A stretch of DNA of 64,000 bases from an uncultured Solirubrobacterales bacterium (GTDB lineage: Bacteria; Actinomycetota; Thermoleophilia; Solirubrobacterales; Solirubrobacteraceae), in assembly GCA_963710785.1 (NCBI GenBank), contig CAVQBM010000007.1, positions 298,246-362,245 of the forward strand, given 5' to 3'. The notes under the pieces were generated by a model. It saw only the letters and a program-made list of their open reading frames with translations, did not search any database and was not told where the DNA came from. Shown piece after piece: positions 1 to 11,044 of the stretch (positions are counted from its first letter, which is position 1; each line of letters starts with the position of its first letter). A program made the position numbers and the translations under genes.

Positions 1-949
1 GCAATGCGGCATCGAGCTGCGCGCGCTTGTAGAGCCAGTGCACGTCCGCCTCCCATGTGAAGCCGATGCCGCCGTGCGCCTGGATCGCGCTCGCCGTCAC
101 CTCCCGGCCCGCATCGCTCGCGGCGGCCTTCGCCATTGCAGCGGCCTCCGCGAGCCGCAAAGGGTCGGCATCGGCGGTCCACGCCGCGTAGACGCTCAGC
201 GAACGCGCCTGCTCTGTTTCCAGAAGCATCTGCGCGCAGCGGTGGGACACCGCCTGGTAGGCGCCTACCGGGACGCCGAACTGGCGGCGCTCTTTCACGT
301 AGGCCACCGTCATCTCCAGCGCGCGCTCGCTCACGCCCACGAGCTCCGAGGCCACGGCCACGAGCGCCCGATCGAGACCGGCGGACAACTCGCCGACCAG
401 CGGCTCGCCAGCTCCGGGCGATGCGCTCACCCGCGCCGCCGCCCGCGTCGGGTCGATCGCGGGAACCTCCTCCACCTCAACACCGGCCGCGTCAAGGACG
501 GTCGCGACATCGCCCTCCAGCAGCACCAGCACATCTGCACCGGGCGCTCCCAGCATCAGCTCGCACACGCCATCGCGCGCGACCCCCACCGCGCCGAGGG
601 TCCCACCGCCGGCGAGCCCCGGCAGCCAGCGCGCGCGCTGCTCCTCGCCTCCCGCGTGCTCGATCAGCGTCGCCGCCAGCACCGTCGGCAGGAACGGCAC
701 AGGCGCCACAGTGCGCCCCAGCTCCTCGCAGAGGATCGACAGCTCCACGCGCCCCAAACCCTGTCCCCCGTACTCCTCGGCGATCGCGATCCCCGGCCAG
801 CCCAGCCCGCAAAGCTCCTGCCAAAGCGTCTCGTCACTGCGCCCAGCTTCGGCGTGCTCGCGCACGCGCTCGGGCCGTGCGCGCTCCGCGAGCAGCTCGC
901 GCGCGGTGCGCTGGATCTGACGCTGATCCTCGCTCAGCCCGAAGTCCAC
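1..949 (-). CDS. Acyl-CoA dehydrogenase, partner of the upstream ACAD; runs off the left edge
   Basis: Manual translation: GTG start at 949 (VDFGLSEDQRQIQ) directly after the upstream TGA; C-terminal IQAHGGIGFTWEADVHWLYKRA motif near positions 1-85. Confidence 0.88.
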   Translation of the reverse strand, partial: MDFGLSEDQRQIQRTARELLAERARPERVREHAEAGRSDETLWQELCGLGWPGIAIAEEYGGQGLGRVELSILCEELGRTVAPVPFLPTVLAATLIEHAGGEEQRARWLPGLAGGGTLGAVGVARDGVCELMLGAPGADVLVLLEGDVATVLDAAGVEVEEVPAIDPTRAAARVSASPGAGEPLVGELSAGLDRALVAVASELVGVSERALEMTVAYVKERRQFGVPVGAYQAVSHRCAQMLLETEQARSLSVYAAWTADADPLRLAEAAAMAKAAASDAGREVTASAIQAHGGIGFTWEADVHWLYKRAQLDAAL

Positions 950-2107
950 TCAGGCCACCTTCATCCGCGGCAGGCCCAGCACACGCTCGGCGACGATGTT
1001 CTTGAGCACCTCCGTCGTGCCCCCCTCGATCGTGTTGCCCCGCGCGCGCAGCAGCTCGTAGCTCCAGCTCGTGCCCGCCGTGAGCGCCTGCGGGCCCACG
1101 ACATCCGCCGCCAGCTGGGTGAGGCGCTGGTTGGTGTCCGACCACAGCCACTTCACGAGCGAGCCCTCCGGGCCTGGCTGACCGTAGCGTTCCACGTCGG
1201 TGAGGCCCTTCCACGCGAGCAGGCGGATCGACTCGCAGCGCACGTGCAGCTCCGCGAGCGCATCCGCATAGAGCGGATTCTCCAGCAGCCCCCGCTCGGC
1301 CGCCGCGGCGATCAGGTCGTCGAGCAGCTGGCGCAGGCGCACCTGCAGCGCGAAGCCCAACCCCGCGCGCTCGTTCATCAGCGTCGTCAACGCGACCTTC
1401 CAGCCGTTACCCTCGCCGCCCACCACGTTCTCCTGCGGGATGCGCGCCTCCTCGATGAAGAGCTCGTTGAACTCCGCCTCGCCGGTGATCTGGCGCAGCG
1501 GGCGCACCTGCACACCCTCCTGCTCCATGTCCATCAGGAAGTACGTCAGACCCTTGTGCTTGGGCGCCTCCTGGTCGGTGCGCGCAACGAGCATGCACCA
1601 CTTCGAGTACTGCGCGCCGCTCGTCCACACCTTCTGTCCCGTCACGAGCCACTCCTCGGGGTGGGCGGGATCCCTCACCGCGCGCGTCTTCAGCGCGGCT
1701 AGATCAGAGCCCGCGTCGGGCTCTGAGAAGCCCTGGCACCAGATCTCCTCGGCGGAGAGGATCGGCGCGAGGTAGCGCTCCTTCTGCTCATCGGTCCCCC
1801 ACACCATCAGCGTTGGCCCGCCCAGCAGCAGCCCCAGCACGTTCGCCGCCATCGGCACGCGCGCGCGGCCGATCTCCTCGAAGTAGATCGCCGATTCGGT
1901 TAGGCTCGCCCCGCGCCCGCCGTACTCCGCGGGCCAGCTCGGCGCCGCCCAGCCCGCGTCATACAGCCGCCGCTGCCAGTCGCGCCGCCATGCGTAGTGC
2001 GCGTCTTCGCCGCCCCCCTCCGGTTCGGGGGCGGGCGGGTTGGCCGCCAGCCAGCCGCGCAGCTCCTCGCGAAAGGCGCGCTCGCGCTCGTTGAAGGTGA
2101 GATCCAT
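950..2107 (-). CDS. Acyl-CoA dehydrogenase
   Basis: WCQGFSEPDAGSDLA, GQKVWTS and TIEGGTTEVLKNIVAERVLGLP motifs. Confidence 0.95.
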   Translation of the reverse strand: MDLTFNERERAFREELRGWLAANPPAPEPEGGGEDAHYAWRRDWQRRLYDAGWAAPSWPAEYGGRGASLTESAIYFEEIGRARVPMAANVLGLLLGGPTLMVWGTDEQKERYLAPILSAEEIWCQGFSEPDAGSDLAALKTRAVRDPAHPEEWLVTGQKVWTSGAQYSKWCMLVARTDQEAPKHKGLTYFLMDMEQEGVQVRPLRQITGEAEFNELFIEEARIPQENVVGGEGNGWKVALTTLMNERAGLGFALQVRLRQLLDDLIAAAAERGLLENPLYADALAELHVRCESIRLLAWKGLTDVERYGQPGPEGSLVKWLWSDTNQRLTQLAADVVGPQALTAGTSWSYELLRARGNTIEGGTTEVLKNIVAERVLGLPRMKVA

Positions 2108-3283
2108 CTACTTCCCCCTGGCTAGGAGCGCGTCGGCGTCCACCTCGTCGATGTTCGCATATCCGCTCAGCGCCATCGCCAAATCCAGGTCGGCGAGGAA
2201 CGAGCGCAGCACGTCCACGACGCCCTGCTCGCCGCCGAGCGCGAGCCCCCAGATGTAGGGGCGGCCCAGCAGCACCGCGCGCGCACCCAGCGCGAGCGCC
2301 TTGAGCGCGTCGGCGCCCGAGCGGATGCCGCTGTCGAAGAGCACCTCACAGCGGCCCTCCACGGCCGCCACGACATCGGGCAGCGCGTCGAGCGCGCCCA
2401 CCGCGCCGTCCACCTGGCGGCCGCCGTGGTTGGAGACGAGGACGCCCTCCACCCCGTGCTCCACCGCGATGCGCGCATCATCGGGGTGCAGGATCCCCTT
2501 CAGCACGATCGGCAGCTCGGTGCACTCGCGCAGGAACGCGAGGTCCTCCCAGGTGACCGAGGGGTTGGCGAACTGCCAGGCCCACTGTCCGATCGCGGCC
2601 TGCATATCCTGCTCGGGCGGCACCTCCAAGAGACCCCGGAAGACCGGGTCGGCGAGGTAGTTGCGGTTGCCCTCCCCCCACAAGAACGGCAGGAACCCCT
2701 CGCTGAGATCCGCGGGACGCCAACCGAGCAGCCATGTGTCGAGCGTCACCACGATCGCGCCATAGCCCGCCTGCTCGGCGCGCGCCACGAACGAGCGCGC
2801 GAGCTCGCGATCCTTGGGCCAGTAGAGCTGATACCAGCGCGCCAGATCCCCGCACGCCGCGGCGATCTCCTCGACCGTGTGCGACGCCGCGGAGGACGCC
2901 ACCAGCGGCACTCCCGCCGCGGCGGCGGCGCGCGCGACCGCCAGCTCCCCCTCGGGATGCGCGAGCGTCTGCACGCCGATCGGCGCCAGCAGCACCGGCG
3001 CGGGCAGCTCGGTTCCCAGAACGGTGCGCGCGAGCGAGCGCTCGGAAACGTCGCGTAGCATCCGCGGCAGGATGCGCCACGAGTCGAATGCCTCACGGTT
3101 GGCGCGCATCGTCTCCCCCAGCCCCGCGCCGCCCTTGATGTAGCCGGCCGGACCGCGCGCGAGCAGCGCATACGCGTCGGCCTCGAGCTTGCGCCAATCC
3201 AGGGTGCGCGCGGGCCGCTGTCCCGCCATGCCGCGCAGGTAGATCTCGTACTGGTAGTTGGCGTAGGGGACAGCGTCGCTCAT
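2108..3283 (-). CDS. FMN-dependent alpha-hydroxy-acid oxidase (lactate 2-monooxygenase-like)
   Basis: SNHGGRQVDG, LKGILHPDDA and DSGIRSGAD motifs; start trimmed to MSDAVPYANYQYEIY. Confidence 0.9.
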   Translation of the reverse strand: MSDAVPYANYQYEIYLRGMAGQRPARTLDWRKLEADAYALLARGPAGYIKGGAGLGETMRANREAFDSWRILPRMLRDVSERSLARTVLGTELPAPVLLAPIGVQTLAHPEGELAVARAAAAAGVPLVASSAASHTVEEIAAACGDLARWYQLYWPKDRELARSFVARAEQAGYGAIVVTLDTWLLGWRPADLSEGFLPFLWGEGNRNYLADPVFRGLLEVPPEQDMQAAIGQWAWQFANPSVTWEDLAFLRECTELPIVLKGILHPDDARIAVEHGVEGVLVSNHGGRQVDGAVGALDALPDVVAAVEGRCEVLFDSGIRSGADALKALALGARAVLLGRPYIWGLALGGEQGVVDVLRSFLADLDLAMALSGYANIDEVDADALLARGK

Positions 3284-3401
3284 GGTCGCCGCGATGTGCG
3301 GCTGCGCAACTCTAACGCCCCCTGCGGAGATATTGCCAACGGCCGTGTCCCGCTCGCGTGGCGGTGTCGTAATAGGAGATATGGGCACTACAATCGCAAC
3401 C

Positions 3402-3641
3402 ATGACGACCAAGGAGCAGCTACACCGGCTGATCGATGACCTTTCCGATGGCGAGGCCGATATGGCGCTGCGCACGCTCGGGGAACAGCACGAGGATCCC
3501 CTGCTGCGTGCGATCGCCAATGCACCGGAGGACGACGAGCCGCTAACGGTCGAGGACGAGCAGGCGATTGAGCGCTCACGCGCGGACTACCGCGCGGGCG
3601 GTGCAATCCCTCTCGATCAGTTCCTCGACAGTCTTGACTGA
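3402..3641 (+). CDS. Putative type II antitoxin (small, acidic)
   Basis: 79-aa acidic ORF (MTTKEQLHRLIDDL...APEDDEPLT) overlapping a RelE-like gene; TACAAT 7 nt upstream of the ATG. Confidence 0.75.
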   Translation: MTTKEQLHRLIDDLSDGEADMALRTLGEQHEDPLLRAIANAPEDDEPLTVEDEQAIERSRADYRAGGAIPLDQFLDSLD

Positions 3642-3906
3642 GGCAGACCCTTGGCAACTCGTCATTACGGGTCCGGCCCGGCGAGAGATGCGCAAGCTCG
3701 ATCCTCCCGTGCGCAAACGCGTCGCCGATGCCCTGCACGTACTCACGATGGATCCGGACAATGCCCCTAATGTCCGCAGCCTCAAAGGACGCAGAGATGC
3801 GCGCCTGCGCGTGGGCGATTGGCGAGTCATCTTCGAGGCTGACCGCGAGGCTCACAAGATCGTGATCCATCGTGTCCTGCCCCGCGGGCGGGTGTACGAC
3901 CGCTGA
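3634..3906 (+). CDS. RelE/ParE-family toxin
   Basis: Basic 90-aa protein with LKGRRDARLRVGDWRVIF...RVLPRGRVY; TTG start overlaps the antitoxin end. Confidence 0.85.
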   Translation: MTEADPWQLVITGPARREMRKLDPPVRKRVADALHVLTMDPDNAPNVRSLKGRRDARLRVGDWRVIFEADREAHKIVIHRVLPRGRVYDR

Positions 3907-3962
3907 AGCCCTACGCCTCCGTGTGCATCGAGCGATCGACCTCTTTTCCCCCGGTGAAGTGC

Positions 3963-5255
3963 TCAGGCGGTTTGTGCGCTCAGCAGCGCGCGGCGGATCA
4001 GGTGCAGCGCCACCGTCGTCGAGCGGTCGCGGATGTCCGCGCGGCCACCTGGCAGCGTTACCGAACGGGTCAGGTGGGTGTCGCCTGGGCCGGCGACGCT
4101 GAAGCAGACGAGGCCCACGGGCTTGTCCTCGGTGCCGCCGTCCGGGCCGGCGATCCCGGTGATGCCAACTCCGATGTCCGCGTTGAGGTTCGTGCGTGCT
4201 CCGTCGGCCAGCGCCTCAGCAACCTCCGTCGAGACGGCACCAAGGCGCTCTATAAGCGCCGGATCCACGCCCGCCTGGGCGGCCTTGACCTCGTTGGAGT
4301 AGGCCACGATCCCGCCGCGCATGTAAACCGAGGCGCCCGGAGGGTCCGTCAGGCGCGCCGCAAGCAGGCCGCCGGTGCACGACTCGGCGACGGCGATCGT
4401 GTGCTTCTCGCGCAGCAGATCTGCCACCTGCTGGTCGATCGTGCTGCCGTCATCGGAGAAGAGGGTGTCGCTGTGCCGGCGCCGCACTACGGCCTCGAAC
4501 GCCTCGTAAACGTCGTCGGCGGCCGGCTCGTAGCGCGTCACGACCTCGATCTCTCCCCGCCGCAGGCACGTGGTGATCTCCAGGCGATCCAGCTCGATGT
4601 CCTCGCGTTCGGCGATGCGCAGCGTCTCGGCGATCTCCGACTCGGGGATGCCGAACATGCGCAGGGTGCGCACGCGGTACTCGCCCGCACCCTCGAGAGC
4701 GAGGCACATAGCCTCGGTCTGCAGCGCTGCCTCCCACATCGGCTGCAGCTCGCGCGGAGGGCCCGGGAGCACGAGCACCGTGGGTCCTTCGCGGTCCTTG
4801 GGCGAGGGCACGATCAGGCCGGGGGCCGTGCCCACCGGCTCGAGGATCGTGGCGCCCAGCGGGATCACCGCCTGCTTGCGGTTGCCCGCACGGATCGCCT
4901 CCATGTCGAGGTGCGGGAAGCGCGCCGCGAGCGGGCGCAGGATCTCCGCGATGCGCTCCTCCAGCGGCTCATCCAGCACCATCGCGCGGTCCTGGAACTC
5001 GCCCACCACCTCGGCCGTGAGGTCGTCCGCGGTGGGTCCGAGGCCGCCGCTGGTCACGATCAGGCCGAGGCCCTCGCGCGCCATGAAGTCGAGCGCCGCG
5101 CGCATGTCCTCGCGGCGGTCGCCCACGATCAGGATGTGCGCGAGGTCGACACCGTTGTCGCGCAGGCGGTCGGAAAGCCATGGGCCGTTGCGATCTGAGA
5201 TGACCCCTGTGAGCACCTCGGTGCCGGTGACGACGATGCCCGCGCGGAGGGTCAC
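3963..5255 (-). CDS. cinA: Competence/damage-inducible protein CinA (MoCF domain plus NMN deamidase)
   Basis: [17 protein letters not shown] and [10 protein letters not shown] motifs. Confidence 0.95.
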   Translation of the reverse strand: MTLRAGIVVTGTEVLTGVISDRNGPWLSDRLRDNGVDLAHILIVGDRREDMRAALDFMAREGLGLIVTSGGLGPTADDLTAEVVGEFQDRAMVLDEPLEERIAEILRPLAARFPHLDMEAIRAGNRKQAVIPLGATILEPVGTAPGLIVPSPKDREGPTVLVLPGPPRELQPMWEAALQTEAMCLALEGAGEYRVRTLRMFGIPESEIAETLRIAEREDIELDRLEITTCLRRGEIEVVTRYEPAADDVYEAFEAVVRRRHSDTLFSDDGSTIDQQVADLLREKHTIAVAESCTGGLLAARLTDPPGASVYMRGGIVAYSNEVKAAQAGVDPALIERLGAVSTEVAEALADGARTNLNADIGVGITGIAGPDGGTEDKPVGLVCFSVAGPGDTHLTRSVTLPGGRADIRDRSTTVALHLIRRALLSAQTA

Positions 5256-5322
5256 TGCGCCACCGGGCCGGCTTTCGGCTCGTTCGCGCGCGCCCGTCCG
5301 CCTGTGCCTGTCGGCAGCGCGC

Positions 5323-6120
5323 TCACTTGCAGGTGGGCTGCTGGGTCGCCGGCAGAGTATGGCGTCCGCCCGCCCGTGTGATCGAGTAGCCGATCGACTG
5401 GCTCGACGCGGGAATCGGGCGCACGCTGCCGTCGATCGTGAGCTTCACCGCGTTGTTGCCGAGCGTGAGCAGGAAGTGCTTTGCGTGGTAGGTCGGCTGG
5501 GTGGAGTTCGGACTGAGTATCAGGCCCGGGATCAGTTTTTTTCCTCCTTCGCCAATCAGGCACACATACACCGGCCCCGTCGGCTGCACCGAGAGCGCGA
5601 CCACATCAGAGGTGGCCCCGGGCGTTGCGCCCGTGGAGGTATGGCGGGTCACGCGGTGGACATGGTGGTGCGTTGGCGTCGTCACGCGCGCGGTGGTCGT
5701 GGGGCTGTTCTTCGAGGACCCCCCGCCGCTCAGCAGCGCGACGATCAACACGACGATCAACAGGCTCACCACCGCGATGGCGATCGTGTAGCCCCGCGAG
5801 GGCGCGGAGACGCCACGCCCTCCCCCACGCTGGCCGGATGGCCGGCGCGCGGTGGAGACGATCGGCTGCAACTCCGCCTCGTTGGGGCGCTCGTAGCTCT
5901 GGCGGTACTCTTCGACGATCGCCTTGTCGTCGAGGTCGAGCGCCTGCGCGTAGGTGCGCAGGAAGCTCTTCACAAACGTGGGCCCAGGCAGCAGGTCCCA
6001 CTCTTCGTTCTCCAGCGCGCGCAGATACTTCGCCCGGATCTTCGTCTGGGCCTCGATCTCCGATATGTCTATGCGGGCGCGCATCCGCGCCTCGCGCAGC
6101 GCCGCTCCGATCTCTGGCAT
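5323..6120 (-). CDS. RodZ-like HTH membrane protein
   Basis: N-terminal HTH ([14 protein letters not shown]), one TM helix, C-terminal extracellular domain; adjacent to ftsK. Confidence 0.85.
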   Translation of the reverse strand: MPEIGAALREARMRARIDISEIEAQTKIRAKYLRALENEEWDLLPGPTFVKSFLRTYAQALDLDDKAIVEEYRQSYERPNEAELQPIVSTARRPSGQRGGGRGVSAPSRGYTIAIAVVSLLIVVLIVALLSGGGSSKNSPTTTARVTTPTHHHVHRVTRHTSTGATPGATSDVVALSVQPTGPVYVCLIGEGGKKLIPGLILSPNSTQPTYHAKHFLLTLGNNAVKLTIDGSVRPIPASSQSIGYSITRAGGRHTLPATQQPTCK

Positions 6121-6207
6121 TGGCTGGGAAGGCTATCGGGCGCGGCGTTTCTTCCGATCCTTGCAACGCACCCTGCTCGACGCCGGGTCGCGCGAGAGCC
6201 CTTACGC

Positions 6208-8727
6208 TCAGGCGTCGTTGGTACTCGGCAGGGCGATCTGCTCGGGTACGGGCTCCGCGGCCGAGCCGCCGCGTTCGCTCAGCGCCGCCAAAACGCGCGG
6301 CAGGTCGGCCTCGGTGACGAGCACCTGGCGAGGCTTGGATCCCTCGTAGCCGGAGATGACGCCGCGCCGCTCGAGCATGTCGATCAGACGCCCCGCGCGG
6401 GTATATCCGAGGCGCAAACGGCGCTGGAGCATCGAGGTGGATGCCGTCTGCATCTCCGCGACAAGACGGATCGCGTCGCTCAGCAGCGGATCCTCGTCGG
6501 GGTCGAACTCGTCGGGCTCGCCGCCCTCGCCCTCGGCGGGCTCGACCTCCTCCAAGAGCTCCTCGCGCAGTTCGGGCTCGCCCTGCTTGCGCCACAAATC
6601 GGTGAGCTTCGCGATCTGCGCCTCGTCGATGTAGGCGCCCTGGATGCGCTGCAGGCGCGAGGTGCCCACGGGAGAGAAGAGCATGTCGCCCTGCCCGAGC
6701 AGCGACTCCGCGCCGTTCTGATCGAGAATCACGCGCGAGTCCGTCTGTGAGGAGACCGCAAAGGCGATCCGGCTGGGCACGTTGGCCTTGATCATGCCCG
6801 TGATCACATCCACGCGCGGGCTCTGCGTGGCGAGCACCAGGTGGATGCCCACCGCACGTGCCTTCTGCGCGAGGCGGATGATCGAATCCTCCACGTCGGC
6901 TGGGGCGACCATCATCAGGTCCGCGAGCTCGTCGATCACGCAGAGGATGTAGGGCAGCGGCGCTTCCTGGCGCGCCGCGCGTGCGCGGTTGAGCTCGATC
7001 AGCGAGCGCGTGCGCGCCATCGACATGATCCCGTAGCGCTGCTCCATCTCGCGCACGAGGTTCTGCAATGCATTCGCCGCCATCTTCGGGCTCGTGATCA
7101 CCGGGGTGAGCAGGTGCGGGATCGACTCGTAGTGGTTGAGCTCCACCTGCTTGGGATCCACCAGCACGAGACGCACCTCGTGCGGCGTCGCACGCAAGAG
7201 CACGCTGCAGAGCATCGCGTTGATCGCGCCCGACTTGCCCGCGCCGGTGGTGCCCGCTACGAGCAGGTGGGGCATCTTCGCGAGGTCCGCGCCGATCGCC
7301 TTGCCCGCGACATCCTTGCCGAGCCACACCGTAAGCGGACTCCAGTCCGCGGGCGGGGCCTGGAAGACGTCGCCGAGGCGAACGATCCTTCGCTTGGCAT
7401 TGGGGACCTCCACGCCCACTGCCTGCTTACCTGGAATGGGCGCGAGGATGCGGATATCCGTCGCGGCCAGCGCGTAGGCGAGATCGTCTTTCAGCTGCGC
7501 GACCTTCGCGACCTTCGTACCCGGCGCGAGGCGCAGCTCATAGCGCGTGATGTGCGGGCCCGCGACGGTGCCGATCACCTTCGCCTGCACGCCGAAATGG
7601 CCGAGGGCCTCCACGAGGCTAGTCGCAGTGCGCGCCTGCCCAGCGGTGTCGGGGCGCGTCTGCTCGGCGCTGGAGCGTGTGAGCAGACGACCGGCCTCCG
7701 GTAGATGCCACTCGAAGTGGGGATCGTCGGTTACCGCGTCGCGCAGACGCCCCTGCGGGGTGAGCTGCTCGGGCTCGGCCGAGGCTACGCCGGGCACCGG
7801 CTCCTCGGGCTCGACCTCTTCTTCGACCTCCTCCACAACCTCATCCGCCACGGGGTCTGGCTCCACTGTTTCTACAACAGGGTTCGTCTCGGCCCCCCAG
7901 GGATCGATCGGCTCCAGCAACTCCTCCTGGATCGGCTCACCAACTGGCGTCGCCCGCACGATCAGCTCGTCGTGCAGCGGTTCGGGCGGCTGGATCGGCT
8001 CCTTCCGCGGCTTCGCCTCAGTCGTCGCAAGCGTGCGCAGCATCCGCGTGGTGTCCATCACGCCGCCGCCCGTCGCGCGGATCGCGCTCGCGAGCGAGGC
8101 GCCCGTCAACAACACGATGCCCACGATCAGGAGGAACACCACGAGGATGTCCACGCCGACCTGCTGCACGAGGCGGTGCGCGACCACGTACTCGACCTGG
8201 CCGACCGCGCCGCCGCGGGCGCTCAAAAAGGCCGTATTCCACTGCGCGCCGTCGGGTGTCCCTGCACTGACCCCAAGCGTGCCGGCGGCGAGGGCCAGCG
8301 TCACCGCGGCGAACACGCACGCGCCGCCCGTGCGCAGCGGACGCAGCGCCGGAAGGACCGGCGCCATCAGCATCGCCGCGCCGCCCACGATCAGGGCGAT
8401 CGGCGCGAGGCCGCGCGCGCGGCCGACGCCCCAGCCGAGGGCGACCGCGAGGCCGTGGCCCGCTCGTCCACCATCCCATCCGCCGTACAAAACGAAACCC
8501 ATGAAGACGCCAAGGGCAACCAACCCAAGCCCGAGCACATCGCGCTGGCGCTCATCGAGCGTGGGTAGACGCAGCGCGAACCATCGCGGACCAAATGACC
8601 GGGAACCGCCAGACCCGGCCCAGCCGCCGGTCCTCTTCCCTCCCCTCCCGCGCGTACTGCGCGCACGGGCGGGGGCCTGCGGGTCGTGCGCGGGCGGGTG
8701 GGGCGCTTTTTCGTGGCGGGCATCCAC
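6208..8727 (-). CDS. ftsK: DNA translocase FtsK
   Basis: N-terminal TM region, Walker A GTTGAGKS, DELADLMM, gamma domain (LQRRLRLGYTRAGRLID); exact start uncertain. Confidence 0.95.
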   Translation of the reverse strand: MDARHEKAPHPPAHDPQAPARARSTRGRGGKRTGGWAGSGGSRSFGPRWFALRLPTLDERQRDVLGLGLVALGVFMGFVLYGGWDGGRAGHGLAVALGWGVGRARGLAPIALIVGGAAMLMAPVLPALRPLRTGGACVFAAVTLALAAGTLGVSAGTPDGAQWNTAFLSARGGAVGQVEYVVAHRLVQQVGVDILVVFLLIVGIVLLTGASLASAIRATGGGVMDTTRMLRTLATTEAKPRKEPIQPPEPLHDELIVRATPVGEPIQEELLEPIDPWGAETNPVVETVEPDPVADEVVEEVEEEVEPEEPVPGVASAEPEQLTPQGRLRDAVTDDPHFEWHLPEAGRLLTRSSAEQTRPDTAGQARTATSLVEALGHFGVQAKVIGTVAGPHITRYELRLAPGTKVAKVAQLKDDLAYALAATDIRILAPIPGKQAVGVEVPNAKRRIVRLGDVFQAPPADWSPLTVWLGKDVAGKAIGADLAKMPHLLVAGTTGAGKSGAINAMLCSVLLRATPHEVRLVLVDPKQVELNHYESIPHLLTPVITSPKMAANALQNLVREMEQRYGIMSMARTRSLIELNRARAARQEAPLPYILCVIDELADLMMVAPADVEDSIIRLAQKARAVGIHLVLATQSPRVDVITGMIKANVPSRIAFAVSSQTDSRVILDQNGAESLLGQGDMLFSPVGTSRLQRIQGAYIDEAQIAKLTDLWRKQGEPELREELLEEVEPAEGEGGEPDEFDPDEDPLLSDAIRLVAEMQTASTSMLQRRLRLGYTRAGRLIDMLERRGVISGYEGSKPRQVLVTEADLPRVLAALSERGGSAAEPVPEQIALPSTNDA

Positions 8728-8808
8728 CCGCAACTTCGACGCGCGCGCTTAGGAACCTCCCCGTAAACCCTTACCATCTGTTTACTCGCCCCAGCGAACA
8801 TAAAGATC

Positions 8809-9493
8809 ATGAACGACTTCTCCAGAGCCCCACGCGTGCTTGTAGTCGAGGACGACGAGGACATCGCCCAGGCGCTCCTTCGCTCGCTGCGGATGGAGGG
8901 CTATGAGGTGCGCGCCTCCTCCGATGGGCAGCAGGCGATCGAAGATGGGCACCACTTCGCGCCCGATCTCGTGATCCTCGATCTGGGGCTGCCGCGCGTG
9001 GATGGCCTCGACGTGGCGCGCAGCCTGCGCGAGAACGACGATGTGCCGATCCTGATCCTCACCGCGCGCGACGCGCTCGAGTCGCGCGTGGAGGGGCTCG
9101 ATGCGGGCGCCGACGATTACCTCGTGAAGCCCTTCGAGCGCCAGGAGCTGCTCGCGCGGATGCGCGCGCTGCTGCGCCGGCGTCCCCGCGCGGTTCGGCG
9201 CCGCTGCGTGTGGGCGATCTGTCTTTGAACGCCGATACGCACGAGGTCACGCGCGAGCAGCGCACCATCGACCTCACCCAGCGCGAGTTTGAACTCCTCG
9301 AATACCTCATGCGAAATGAGCGGATCGTGATCTCCCGCCAGCGCCTCCTCGACGAGGTGTGGGGCTATGACCCCTTCTCCACCACCAACACGATCGAGGT
9401 GTTCGTCTCGAACCTGCGCCGCAAGCTCGAGGCCGAGGGCGAGCCAGACTCCTGCACACGATCCGCGGAGCCGGTTACGTCCTTCGTGCGTAG
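8809..9493 (+). CDS. OmpR/MprA-like response regulator (frameshifts near 9190 and 9450)
   Basis: Receiver domain (VVEDD, DLGLP, KPF) and winged helix (TQREFELL, HTIRGAGYVLR) split across reading frames. Confidence 0.85.
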
Positions 9494-11044
9494 CATCGAG
9501 GACGCGGTGCGGCGCGCCATCGAGCGCATCTCGGGCGCCTTCGACGGGCTGCCCATCCGCGTGCGCCTCGCGGGTGTCTCGGCGCTCCTGACCTTCGTGA
9601 TCCTGTGCGCCTTCGCGCTCGCGGTGGGCGGGCTCACGGTGCGGCGCATCCGCTCGGACTTCAACCGCCAGGTGGCGCAGACCGCGCAGCAGCTCTCCAC
9701 GCAGCTGAACGTGTACATCAACCCGATCACGCACAACATCGTTGGCATCCAGCCCGCGCTCGACGACCTCCCGGGGGTACCGCAGCACTCGGTGATCAAG
9801 CTCTACACGATCGGCGGCACGGCGCCCTTTGCGCAGACGCCCGTTACGCACGCCCCCACGCTGCCCGCGCCGCCCCAGGTGGGTTCGCAGACAGGCGAAA
9901 CCAACGGCTACCGCTTCGTGAGCGAGCCCGCGGTGGTGCGCGTGCTCGGCAGCGGGCGCCCGCTGGGGCAGGTGATCGTGCAGTACGGAAGGCGCGTCTC
10001 GGACGTGGACGCGACGATCGCGCGCGTGGAGCTGCTCCTGCTGCTGGGCACCTTCGCGGGCTCCGCATTCGCGCTGCTCGCGGGCATCATGATCGCGCGC
10101 CGCGCGATGGCGCCGATCGCTGAGCTCACGAGCGCGGCGGAGCAGATCGCGCGCACGCGCGACTCCAGCCGCAAAATCCCCCAGCCCAAGGCCGAAGACG
10201 AGGTCGCCGAGCTCTCGCGCACCCTGGAGGGAATGTTGCGCGAGCTCGACTCCGCGCACACCGAAACCGAGGCGATGCTCGCGCGCCAGCGACGCTTCGT
10301 GGCGGACGCCTCGCACGAGCTGCGCACACCGCTCACGAGCGTGCTCGCGAACCTCGAGCTGCTCGCCGACTCGCTGCACGGAGAAGAGGGCGACGCCGCG
10401 CGCAGCGCCCTGCGCTCCTCCCAGCGCATGCGCCGGCTCGTGGCCGACCTGCTGCTGCTCGCGCGCACCGACGTGGGCCGCGTGGTCGCGCACGAGCCCT
10501 GCGACCTCGCGCAGATCGTCGTCGAGGCCGCCGCCGAGCTGGGGCCCGTCGAGCGCCGAGCACGACATCACCCTCGACGTTCACGCTGCGCAGGTGCAGG
10601 CCGCACGCGATGAGCTGCACCGCGTGACGATCAATCTGCTTGAGAACGCGCTGCGGCACACTCCCCCGGGCACCGAGACGGGTGCGCACTGATACGGAAG
10701 GAGAGGCCGGCCAAGCCGGCCTAGGGGTCGCGCAGGGCGTGGCCGTGCTCGTGGTGGAGGACGACGGTCCCGGCGTTCCGCCGGAGCTGAGTGGATCGCT
10801 GTTCGAGCGCTTCGTGCGCGGGGCCGGCGATCGCGGCGGATCCTTCGGCTTGGGCCTTGCGATCGTACGCGCGGTGGCGGAGTCTCACGGGGGAAGCGTC
10901 ACGCTCGAGTACACGCACCCGGGCAAGGAGCCCTACGGCGCGCGGTTCACCGTGCGTCTGCCGCTGGCCGCCGAGGGCGCCCTCCCCCCGGAGCCGGTCG
11001 CACAGCCCACCGCCGCACGCGCAGCGACAACTTCGGCTCGCTAG
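9486..11044 (+). CDS. HAMP sensor histidine kinase (frameshifted)
   Basis: Two TM helices, HAMP, H-box ADASHELRTPL; G boxes EDDGPG and GLGLAIV in a downstream frame. Confidence 0.85.

Noticed and set aside
8763-8786. GTAAAC-N11-GTTTAC upstream of the response regulator as an operator
   Set aside because: A single 6-bp inverted repeat is weak evidence, and OmpR-family regulators usually bind direct repeats.
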